From contig KZ538304.1 of assembly GCA_000934665.2 (NCBI GenBank), positions 62,001 to 84,958 on the forward strand: a stretch of DNA of 22,958 nucleotides. Direction: 5' to 3'. The stretch's first letter is position 1; each line of letters starts with the position of its first letter. Positions 11,504-22,039 of this stretch are shown one piece after another. Below the pieces are notes generated by a model. The model saw only the letters and a list, made by a program, of their open reading frames with translations. It had not been told where the DNA came from and did no database searches. The position numbers and the translations under genes were made by a program. Source of the stretch: Catajapyx aquilonaris (Eukaryota).

Positions 11504-11735
11504 GTCCAGAGTGAATGCAACTTGAAGAAGGAGGCCGCTTGCCTCATAACAAGTTATGGTTCAGGAGGCACCCTTCAGCAGATCAAATTGCTGCACAATC
11601 GGGGAATTATGAAGCCATATTGTGATCTCCTTTTAGTGCAGAGGACAGGGATGCAGAGGTCATAGTCCTGGATGGCCTGGCGAACATGTTGGAAGCAGCC
11701 AGACTCCTCAATGATTTTTGCCAATGTCTGTACCT
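11504..11735 (+). pseudogene. Importin-alpha (karyopherin alpha) C-terminal ARM-repeat exon fragment, frameshifted
   Basis: After the ttttgtag acceptor: VQSECNLKKEAACLITSYGSGGTLQQIKLLHNRGIMKPYCDLL, a frameshift in the T-run at ~11631, then SAEDRDAEVIVLDGLANMLEAARLL. This resembles importin-alpha KEAAWAITNYTSGGT.EQI..L...GI..P..DLL..KD.....V.LD.L.NI. It is not in the ORF track. Confidence 0.75.
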
Positions 11736-13833
11736 CCCGGGCCGGGCGAAACATGGCGGGGGTCTTCACCCCCCAACCCCCCCATAAAACCCGGCACTGA
11801 GCAGAAAGTTGTTCGGCACCATCTTCGCAGAGTGCTGATGCTCGGTAACGGGAAGTTCAGTTTCTCCCGGAGATAGCTGTAGGCTTTCCGGGATTGCGAC
11901 CTTAAAGCCAAAGCCGAGGCGATATCCTCCGATGTCCACTTGCGCGAATAGTTTCCACTCATAAGACACTTCACTTGTGTTTCAGTAAACACTCGCCTTA
12001 GATTTTTTTTGACCGTGGTTGTGTTCCATTTTGAATTCCTTTGTTTTAGTTTCTTTATTTGTAAGAGCATTCTGCTCTTCTCAGTGCGTAGTTTCCTGAC
12101 ATCGCAAAACAGGTTTGAGTTAGATTCTTGCAGCTCTTGCTTTTGCTGGTTTAATGAACTTACAAGAGTCTGAAATCTCGCCTCCATGTCTTGGACCAGC
12201 TGTGCATGTTGTTGGCGACTTGCCTTCAGTTCACTCGTTAATGACTCCACCTTCACTCTTAGGTCTTCTTTGTCTGCGCGTGTTTTGTCCAATTCACTGG
12301 ACATCACCGAAGCACATAGGAGATCCAGGGCTGGCTTTGGACTCTGCTGCACAAGCGCACTGCAGTATTGGCTGGATTCCTGCTTTATCGCGCACTCTTC
12401 GACGCTCGACTCATCTTCAGGCTGACCTTCACTGGACATCACCGAAGCACATAGGAGATCCAGGGCTGGCTCTGGAATCTGCTGCACAAGCTCACTGCAG
12501 TATTGGCTGGATTCCTGCTTTATCGCGCACTCTTCGACGCTCGACCCATCTTCAGGCTGACCTTCAGTGCACTGTGCGGCTTGCAAGTCGTGATGTGCTG
12601 GATGCTGGATGCTGGATGCAGGTTGATCAGCAACAGCAAGAGCCAACCTCTTGCTACGGTTAATAAATCTGGAGGAACGTGCTGATTCAGGATCATGTTC
12701 ATGCCCTGCAAATAGCAATTACAATACTTTGAGAAAACAGCGACGTTTCTTCAACCTATGACAAGCCTTTGTGCGGTTCCGCAAATGTTTCCGTAATGCA
12801 CAAGTTCCGGGCAGTATAAAATTGTGAGAAATGCCATGGCTTTTGGCGAGGTCTATATTGCAAACACGTTGGCGGGAAAAGTGCGATTTTATCAGACGAA
12901 AGTTGGCGATTTCGGCTCCAATACGGAGATAATCGCATGTCAATATTCTCACGACGTCACTCATACATGTGTGTTTGAGATTATCCTGTCGGTTACATCA
13001 CCCAGAAAGCACGGGTGGTGGGTGGCGAAGGTTGGAGGTTAGCATAACAAATAGGAAGTTCATAATATGAATTATTATAAGCATTCAGGATGTTACGAGA
13101 ATTGATATGCGATTATTTTGGCTCGAAAACTGAAATCTCCTAAATCAACTGCAGTAATTTGGTTTATAGAAAACTGGCCCAAGACCTTTTACAAATGTTA
13201 TAGTGTACGATTCCTAGAATTTGATAGACCCGAACAAGAAATTGTGAATTACCACCATCTCAATTATAGACAATTATAGAAAATTACAGCCTGTGTTATT
13301 GATACTGCACAATTGTGTAGAATGAAAATTAGGGGAAAAAAAATTCTAATTATGCACATACATTTCATATGAGAGATTTTTGTAATGTATGTGTTTGCAA
13401 ATCCGGCAAAATAAAGAAATTATCCAATGTTTTGCATAATACTGTACTACTTCCCATGCAAAATGTATGAGTTTCTTCTTCACATGCCTTATTGATACAA
13501 CTACTGGGTCCGTACTATGCCCCTGATAATGAGGGCCTTGCTCTACGTACCTGACAGAGGAAGTTTGACACTGGGCACTGCACCCTTCTTCAGCTGCATC
13601 CGTTGCCGATGATTTGACACCCCGAGTTCGAATTTCAAATCCCGTTCGTAGTCCTCCGGGGTGAAGTGGTCAGAACAAACGCGACAAAGTTCGGGATTGA
13701 ACTTATCCCCTCTCCTCACTAAATGGATCCATTCCGCTCGCAGTTTCGGATCCTTAGGAAACATGTGGTATACGATATCACGCCCTTTTCTTTTGCTATG
13801 GTTGTAACAATAAACCACTGCGCATCCTGGCAT
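11708..13833 (-). CDS. THAP-domain, P-element-transposase-derived protein (THAP9-like N-terminal half, catalytic domain absent), ~426 aa
   Basis: Exon 13833-13551 is an intact THAP domain (MPGCAVVYC..HMFPKDPKLRAEW...RVCSDHF...LKKGAVPS), with a phase-1 GTACGT donor. Exon 12705-11708 follows TTTGCAG in phase 1 and encodes a duplicated acidic segment, a long coiled coil and KWTSEDIASALALRSQSRKAYSYLREKLNFPLPSISTLRRW..PGF (P-transposase N-terminal motif), then a stop. Confidence 0.82.
12293..12566. repeat. 135-bp in-frame tandem duplication within the THAP/P gene
   Basis: TTCACTGGACATC starts at 12293 and 12428; 4 mismatches between units; encodes a 45-aa repeat. Confidence 0.95.
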
Positions 13834-13889
13834 CTTGTGCCTGTGTTTGCCCCACAACAAGTAGATGCTTCGAGCAAGGCTTCCAGAGA

Positions 13890-14031
13890 TCAAAAGGGCG
13901 CGGCCATCTTTAAAATAACGGTTCTGATTAAACGCGATCGCCAACAGTTACAAGTAGCTGCGATTCGTGACCCCCGCCCCCCACAGCGTTTTATAGCATA
14001 GCAGCTGGTTTTGGAATCCAAGATGGCGGCT
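13890..14031. promoter_or_regulatory. Copy 2 of ~140-bp direct repeat; putative bidirectional promoter between the THAP/P gene and FADD
   Basis: Near-identical to 7102-7236, with opposed YY1-type motifs; 57 nt from the THAP ATG and ~370 nt from the FADD ATG. Confidence 0.75.
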
Positions 14032-14399
14032 GGATTGTTCTTATCAAGTTCTTAAGTTAATTAATCCATAATTAGTCCTAATTAATCAGCAATTTTTGCG
14101 GTGTAAAGTTCAGCAGGTATGTATACGGTACGGAGTAAGTTTATATGTTCAACAATCAGCACCGTTGGTAGCAAAGAGGACACTCTACAATCATGAAGTG
14201 CGCACTTAATTAGTTCATTAATCTGCAATTAGTCGTAATTAATGAGGCAATTTCAGCAGGTATGTACAGAGTAAGCTTACACGTCAAATAGGGAGTCATG
14301 TACTGTGCCTTTAGAAGCTAAGAGTACGGTTCTACGAGCAAGTTATTAGCTCTTGGTTCTACATGAATTGCGCACACTTTAATTTCTAGGTACTGAAGT

Positions 14400-15158
14400 A
14401 TGGTGGGGCATGATGTTGATGGGCCGAGCCAGCAGAGTGAGGAGTACCAGGCCCTTCTGCACGACGTGGCCCAGATCGGACAGCGCTTGACTCCCCCGCA
14501 GGTGGCGACGTTGTGCCAGAATTTTGCGCAGGACATCAATTCGCGGAGGGATCAAGACAGGATCTCGAACCTGGACCGGCTTCTGGTGCTGCTGGAGAAG
14601 AGGAACGTGCTGAACTGGGAGAATGTGGACGTTCTGAACACCATAGGAAGGCTGATCAACAAGGAGGACCAGGTGAACATGCACGTGCAGCAGTACAAGA
14701 GGAAGTTTCTAGAGAGCCCGACTAATGAACCGCAAATGCCGAGGCCAAATGTTGCAAACCGAGAATATGCCTTGAGCAATGAAGGTGCGAATTACAGCAA
14801 AATATGCATGTTGCTTGGTAATGTTGATTTACTTTGCAGTTAAGCTTCACCTCCGGAGCCGCGTCGGCCGACAGTGGAAAACACTGGCACGCCTTTTGAA
14901 GGTAATGACTGAAGCCGACATTGAAATCATCCGAGACAGATACGGTGCTAGATACGATCAGTGTGTGTCGCAGGTACTTACTCAAGTCTATAGCTGATTC
15001 TGCGATTTATTAATGCTTCTAAAATATCTTAGGTCCTGGACATTTTCGACGAGCAAATGAGCAGAAGTCGCACCAGACCTATGCCAAGACTAATGAGAGC
15101 GTTGCGTGAGATGCCCAGACACGATTTGATTGAGGGTATTTTAAACATAGATGAATAA
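14400..15158 (+). CDS. FADD: FADD-like adaptor (N-terminal DED-like domain plus C-terminal death domain), 214 aa
   Basis: Exons 14400-14784, 14840-14973 and 15033-15158 join in frame with GT-AG introns. DED-like INSRR...LLVLLEKRNVLNWENVDVL; death domain VGRQWKTLARLL.VMTEADIEIIRDRY...LMRALREMPRHDL. An acceptor at ~14389 suggests an upstream non-coding exon. AATAAA at 15391. Confidence 0.8.
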
Positions 15159-15446
15159 TCCAGCTGCCAACATTTTGTGCAATTATCGTGATATTATGGC
15201 TTTGTGTGTATATAGTGCAATCTGTCTGCAGCGAATCAAACTTTTAGAAGCGTTAAGGATATTTTTTGAATGTTTATATTGTCCTGTGCAATTTGTTCAT
15301 CCAGTAAAATGCAACGAAACTGAGGAACTTTGCTGTGTGCAGGTTTCACTGTATTTTTTGAGCGAACCATTGCAAGGACTGTCGGAAGACAATAAATATT
15401 ACATACTCTTTAATAAGACTTACAGGTCGTGGCTTATTGCCCTGTA

Positions 15447-16568
15447 TTACCAGAATTCGTTGTAGATCGCTAGCACCGCCAGCAAAGCAGCTACAATGGC
15501 CATGTCACATGTACTGGACAGCTGACTGCTGCCAGGGTCATCCTGGAGTAGCCCAGGGTACGAATAGGCATCATCTCCCAGCGCTTGTCCTTCGCACAAC
15601 CCCGGATACGTCAAGCTGCAGGTCGTCCCATTAAGGCACATGGAGCAGGGCTCTCCGACCTGATACATGGGTGTGCCTAATAGATTTCCACGAGGCCCGA
15701 AATTGCATACGTAGTACGATTCAAATGTGAAAGTGTCTTCATTCTTGTGCTGCAGGAAGCCGCATCCAACTGCAAACGACTTGGCCCATATCAGCTGGCT
15801 GTAACCTTCCAGCGTGGTGCTAAACCTTGTTAGAAGAATAACAGAAATATAAATGGCCACTGAAAGAGGCACATACTCACTGGAAGTAGTCCACAAAGTA
15901 TTTGTTGAACCTGCCGACCTGGTCGTACCACTCTCCAATTGCGTTGTTCCATATGATTAATGGTTCAGTTTGCAGCCATTCGTACATGACTTGACCCGTC
16001 TCTGAGAACCGACCTGGAAACGTTGTGCAGATTTTGAAACACATGAACGAGGAAGCTGGTTGCGTACTCACTGGTCGACCTGCAGCGTCGACAGTCATGA
16101 GTGTAGTTGCACTGGTTGACCCAAGCCTGAGCAACTTCGGCCAGCTCATCATCCCACACCTACTGGACATTGTAAAATTTATTGGTTAATCTGCTGGACT
16201 TTTTTCTAGTGATTGACGTAACGGACCAGCTGCCTCATGTTTGCGGCTGGAGGCTGTGGTCCAGGCCTTCCCCTGTACTCAAATCCACTGGCCACCCGGC
16301 TCCTCAGCTTGTTCAGAATCGACAGGATGCTCTTCCGCTCATCCCTATTCACACTGCTTTTTCGGACATCTCCGCAACCTGGACCTTGCAATGAGCTCTA
16401 GGAAAATTACGGTAATGATGCCCCTATCTAATGAATCGTAATGAATGAAGTACTCACAGAATATAGGCAGAGGGTGTGTTTCTCGTAGATATTGCACCAT
16501 TTGGGTTGGCTGCATCGCGTACTTTTAAGCAATATTACAAAGAACAATGACAAGTACACAGCTCTCAT
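15447..16568 (-). CDS. CAP/SCP superfamily (antigen-5/CRISP-like) secreted protein A, 293 aa, hydrophobic C-terminus
   Basis: Exons 16568-16458, 16397-16227, 16159-16072, 16013-15881 and 15825-15447 join in frame. Signal peptide, [32 protein letters not shown]...[15 protein letters not shown], Cys-rich hinge. Confidence 0.92.
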
Positions 16569-16785
16569 TGTTCCTTCACGCAACTGTAATATTATTATCT
16601 GTACAAATGTCGTACTGAACCATCACACAGAGACTGTGTCAACGGCAGCATAATTGCAGAAGGATCTGATGAGTCGTGTCATTTGTTGTCTAACTCTCAA
16701 TACTGCCAACATATAACAATGTCCAAAAACAACATGATATTTTAATAGATGTTTTATTTGATGTTTCCATGTAATGGTGTACGTG

Positions 16786-17483
16786 TTATATCAGGAGTGG
16801 GACAAACATTACAAGACAAATGGTAAAAGCGACCCAAGCTGATGAGTTCGCAACAGATGACGTAGCTCGCACAGTTAATTCAACCATTCCGACGTCAGGT
16901 TCAGGCCGAGGCTCGGCATCAACAGAAACTCCAGGAGAAGAATCAACTCGGGCAGAACACAAACCCGGATACAGCGCAGAACACGTGAAGTTCTCCGGGC
17001 ACGCAGAACAACTCGGCCCAATCTAGAATTAAATAGAATTCGGTTGAATGTTTCCGTCTGATGTTTGTCCAACCTACCCTCCGCACGTGAGAGACTGAGA
17101 GTGGCAGCAGTGTGCGGAGAGGGTGGTCGAGTCATCTACGAGCCAAGTAAGGTAACTACATGGGCAGTTTGGCTAATGTACCTGGTAGAGTGGCTTGTGC
17201 TTGATGTTACCGGCTGGTCCGTAGTTGCAAACGGCTAGAACTTCATACAGGTTGGATCGCTGTGTCTGGTTTATCACCGCGCCGCAACCGACATACCGCG
17301 CTTGGCTCCAGACCAGCTGCGTGTAGTGACCAGTCTCAACTTCTATCGAAGGACTGATAATTTTCGCTTGTTAATAAACATCCGAAGTAGCACATTGATA
17401 TACATTGGAATCCCCTGGACATCCCATGGATGTCGCAAGAATAGGATGTTCGCAAGATGCACCTAATCCGATATCCAGGAGAC

Positions 17484-17543
<60 letters not shown>

Positions 17544-18506
17544 GATACCCCGGGATAGGGCCCTTGGGCCTCTTAGGGGATCATCTTTTGAAAAACGACT
17601 TTAATCATTTGCCTGAAATGTGATGGAGTTTGATAGTGGGAGGAAACGGGAGAACCCCGAGAAAACCCACGCGAACACGGACAGAACCCATCGAAACTCT
17701 ATCCACATAAGTATCCTCCGTCCGACCCGGGGATCGAACTCGGGACCTTAGAGGTGGAAGGCTGCGGCGCTAACCACTCGGCCACCGTGTCGCCCGATAT
17801 CCAGGAGACATCCAGGCTGGATGTCCCTTGAGCATCCAACCTGGATGTTACTTGCCTGTATGACGCGGCCACTTTGGAGTCAAAGTCCATCACTTCCATG
17901 TACCATTCCTGGACCACGTCTGACCAGCTGAACTTCGCCTCAGTCTGTCTGGGCAAATGGAACAGGTTTTGACCCACAGCAAATCTATCTGAAATAGTGC
18001 AGCAGATTAAACAGGTTGCTGTGGTCAACAATGCGGCGTAGACTCACCGACACTTCTCTCATCGTCGTGGTGAAACGAACATTGGTCTGCCCATCTTTGC
18101 GCAACTGCCGCCAGCTCCTGATCCCATTCCTGGAAGGCTAATTAATTGCAATCGCCGTCTAATTAACAATGTAACGTACCATTTGAAGCATGTCTGCTGC
18201 CTCCGGTTGTGGACCAGGTAGGCCAAGATCTTCATTTCCTTGAGCAATTTTCAACCTGTGCAGATTGTGCTCCTTTAGAGCCATGTCTGCTTCTTGGCTG
18301 CTTATTCCACTCTTGAACACCACGCCACAATCTGGACTCGTCCCCTTTTAATTATTATCATTAGTGAAAAACCGGTATGTAACAAAATGTGCACGTACAT
18401 GATACTTGCACATTGTGTGATCCTCGCTGATTTTGCAGTAGTCCGCTCCATCAGAAGCTGTCAAAAGCACTGCAACACTAACAATCAAAGTTGCTGGTGT
18501 AATCAT
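16786..18506 (-). CDS. CAP/SCP superfamily (antigen-5/CRISP-like) secreted protein B, 298 aa, GPI-signal-like tail
   Basis: Exons 18506-18399, 18344-18180, 18129-18048, 17988-17856 (GC donor), 17353-17182 and 17022-16786. Signal peptide, HTMC, EHN.HR, GPQPEAADM, WDQELA, VGQNL, WYME, GHYTQLVWS, CNYGPAGN, hinge. AATAAA on - at ~16753-16758. Confidence 0.9.
17486..17793 (-). mobile_element. tRNA-derived SINE with V-domain-like core and (ATT)19 tail, flanked by an 18-bp target-site duplication
   Basis: On -: A box TGGCCGAGTGG, B box GAGTTCGATCC, core GCGTGGGTTTTCTCGGGGTTCTCCCGTTTCCTCCCAC (V-SINE signature) and ATT tail at 17486-17542. Perfect TSD CCGATATCCAGGAGACAT at 17468-17485 and 17794-17811. 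Confidence 0.9.
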
Positions 18507-19237
18507 TTTGAACCACTAATTATCTGGAGAGTAACACAGCATTACTTTGATTGACCGATGGCACTTTAAATAATATTCTTGCCAGTGGTTCACCGAGGCA
18601 CAAGGTCAGAGAGTTGTCTCATTAGCAGACTGAGGATATGTGCATGTACGTTTGCAGCATGGGAAACACTCAGATATCCTTATCGAAACCACCACCACAG
18701 ACTTTCTGCCGGCTTTGCAAGGTTGGATAAGTACTTGCGGAGGATGCCCGTACTCTATGGGCGTGTGAATCATACGCAGGAATAGACACGCATGTTATGT
18801 GGCAGATAAACCGCAATCAGACAATTATGTTTTAAAGCAAACTCTTTGGGCATCACATAATTTATATATATTAATTCCCCCAAAAAAATTTGCAAGTTCA
18901 TATGAAATTGATATGTCAAAAAGTACAGTGTGCACAAAATCATGAAATTGGAAAGACTTTATTCTCATCCGTCAGCAAATAAGTCACCATTTTGTCAACA
19001 GTTCAAGCCGTTCGTCCAACTTCGCGGAATGACTCACATATTTATTGAGCATCTAATCACAACTTTTAGTACAAATCACGTACAAATCACAATCAAACTA
19101 GAGCAGTAATTGTTGACCGAATAAAAAAAATTGATGACAACCGTGGGTCCCTATTGGTACAATATAAAGGCGATATCCCCCTGCCATATTTAGTCATAAG
19201 CAGTAGGCTAGTTATGTACATTCATTAAACTTGTTGC

Positions 19238-21772
19238 TCAGTGCTGCCTGACTCCGTTGACTGTGAATCTATGATGGAAGAAGACGCAAGTGTTGCTGGA
19301 GTAATCACGAGGAAGGTCGTAGTCGACAGCCTTTGCACCCATATAGGCCGCTCCGTTGGCCATCCCAGCCTGCAGCTTGAGGAGGGTCAGCTCCCTGACC
19401 TGTGGTGTGCACCTCTGCATTGCGGAGAGGAAACCGGTCCTCATGTGACCCCAGCTCTTCCAGACTGACCCAACGCACACTACAGTCAAGCCTCCTTCGC
19501 CTTCCAGCAAACTCTGCGGATGGAATTAATGAGCGCATATTCCTGTTGGTCGTACCGCATGTACATACCGGATGCATTTTAGGCACTAAGGCGACGATAT
19601 GTTTGGCCAGCTGCTCACCCGCCTTCTCAAAGAGCCAAAGACACAGGTCATCTCCTTTGTCGGCTCCTTTAGCCAGCCTCTCACAAAGGGCTGCGAAGTG
19701 AGACTTCTGGAATCCGGTGTAGCAGTGGTGCAAAAGGTCAGCTCTGCAAGATTAATCCGGTTACAATGATGCGGCGTGCACACTGGAAATGTACGCACCT
19801 TTCCTTGACCTGGAAGTGCTCTTGGATTGACCCCCAGACAAAGTCGGTCGGATGTGGAGACGGATCCATGTTGTCCACGTCGTCAAAAACTGTCTTCAAA
19901 GCCTTCTGGGCTACCCAAAAGCCTGGAATTTGGGGTGAAAATTAAGGACCAATTTAAAGTGTGACCAACAGGTTGACCCATACCTGACCCTTCATCTCCC
20001 AGCATATAACCCCATCCTCCGCAACCATGCAAAGATCCATCCGGATTCAGCAAAAGAGCGTTTGAGCCGGTTCCGGATATCAGCACAATTCCACCTGCAA
20101 CAAAAAGAGTGTTCACACGAGAATGAACCGGAACGTGCCGGAACATACCATTATCTTTGGCTGTCGCAATGGAACCCACGGTGTCTGATGCGACAAACAC
20201 ACTCTCGCTGACTGGTGGTACCATGTTCAGTACAGTAGTTCTAAGTTGTTCATTGGTCTCTTCCTGCTCACAACCACTGAGGCAAAGACCCTGCAAAAAA
20301 AAAAATATAATTAACATTTGAGCTAAGTACTGCTGATAATGAGCAGGTGAGAGAGAATGGCAGGTGTAAGGTTAATAATTACTGTCACCTCTATAAGCTC
20401 CCCACAGGCAAGTTTATGACTGTGATGTCACATTTATTACTCGGCACTGCTGAAAATAACTATGTTGTCACAGGTGAAAATTCTGCGCGTTATGTACACA
20501 ATTGAGAGGAACAGCACTTGTGCTTTGTTACGCAAATTTGCAATTTTTGGGCATTTACATAATCTGAACATGTTGCATTTGTACAGCGCTGTACCATTAA
20601 TTCGCGATTGTTATGACATTCCTCCACATACGACGCCAAAATCTCGATATTCAATACAGCAGATCTTTTCCCAAGCGATTAGAGTTCTTAACTGACTGCA
20701 AAGATAACCCGTCGGCAGATATACGCAGCAAAAATGCTCATACGACAGATAAGAAAGCGCCAGAAGGTGCCCCATGTCTCGAAAGGGATGTACAGGGTGT
20801 TTAATAACACAAAACGTGGCACAAAACTATCCAAAGAAGTACGTCGCTCATAGATGGCGTGCATCCAGCACCCCCCTCTCTGCACAGTGCTGCCACTGGG
20901 GTCGTGTGAGAGGTGGCGGTACTACAAGGTCGGACAAACATCAGACGGGAAATATTTGCTAGTTACTGCTAACTAGTGGTACTTCTAACTTAGCAGTGGG
21001 ACGAAAATTCAACCCAGTGTCAATTATCAGTAGTGCTCCAGACAGAGGCACAGACTTCCAATTTTATATTGATTCTAAGAGGCGATGGAAGTGTATCCGC
21101 GATTAGGTGCTGACACACCCTGTACTGCACAACAACATAATTGGACTGCATTCCCGTTAGTGATTGCAACCGTTTGAGAGCTGGCTAGAGAAGGTGTGGC
21201 TGATTCGTGGCCTCCTATTGGCCATTTTAGTGATGGTGGCAGCGTGATTGTGCCCTACAGCGAGGTCATAAAACTTCCCCAAGGAGAAAATGCAATGCGT
21301 GCAAGATTGCCAAAAAAAAATAATGTGTGTTTTTAAAAAAGAAACTCACCAGGCCTGTAAGAGTCAGATAAGGAGCGAGCCCCGCCTTTTCCTTAGCCTC
21401 CGAAACCATCGTTTTGATACGCTTCCCACATTCTTCCATACCAACAAGCTGTCAACAGAAAATGGAAAAAAAAAATGTAGACCAAACAATTGCATAGGGT
21501 CATACTTTTTTTTATATATATAATATTGGGGAATCCAGAGAAAATATTGGAACAGGATCCTTCAGAAAAATTACGGTAAAACTGGACTTGTCTGGAATGT
21601 TGTGTGCTGGAGGGGGCAGATAGGGCCTGGAATAATGAGGTAGAAAGGAGTTGGCCTTGTCCTTTCACTTGGCTTTGGACCACGTACCCAATGGTTGGTG
21701 CAAGGACCTTTTACTTCGGACAACTTTTTTCCTCTGGAATCGAACAAAACCGCCACCGAGTGGGTTGATCCC
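19238..21772 (-). CDS. NAGK: N-acetyl-D-glucosamine kinase (first short coding exon not found, probably outside the window)
   Basis: Exons 21772-21688, 21448-21350, 20290-20149, 20094-19984, 19922-19799, 19743-19569 and 19513-19238 are all GT-AG and in frame. Motifs TNHW, GLCLSG, SDTVGSIATA, GGIVLISGTGSN, GCGGWGYMLGDEGS, CVGSVWKSW. Confidence 0.95.
20791..21124. mobile_element. Possible Tc1/mariner-type MITE in a NAGK intron
   Basis: TA-CAGGGTGT ... ACACCCTG-TA termini; only the terminal 8 bp match. Confidence 0.4.
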
Positions 21773-22039
21773 CTGGAAATAACAAAACAAACCGATAATT
21801 ACACACAAAAATAATAATTACACTATAGTTCATGCTTCCAACCACCAGAGGCGCTTCCGTCCCCCCTATTGCGCAGGAGCAGAACGGGAGCCAATCGGAA
21901 GTGTCGCGCTAACAATATACGGCCAGCCAATCATGCAACGAAGGATTTTAATGTCATAGATATAGTGCGTGAAGATAGGCGCTTCCTGCCTTTTTTTCCT
22001 GGTTCGATAACTTTCGTTTGCTCCTATACAATAATGTGC

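Noticed and set aside
12860..12965. E2F-like TTGGCGGGAAA and CRE-like GACGTCA motifs in the THAP/P intron
   Set aside because: Short isolated motifs expected by chance or from a repeat; no supporting structure.
17078..17135. Possible cassette exon in the last intron of CAP-B (TAG|ATG...G|GTAGGT)
   Set aside because: 58 nt would shift the frame and interrupt the conserved YQ-IG hinge junction.
17720..17793. tRNA gene
   Set aside because: The A/B boxes belong to a SINE head with body, tail and TSD; no complete cloverleaf with acceptor stem was evident.
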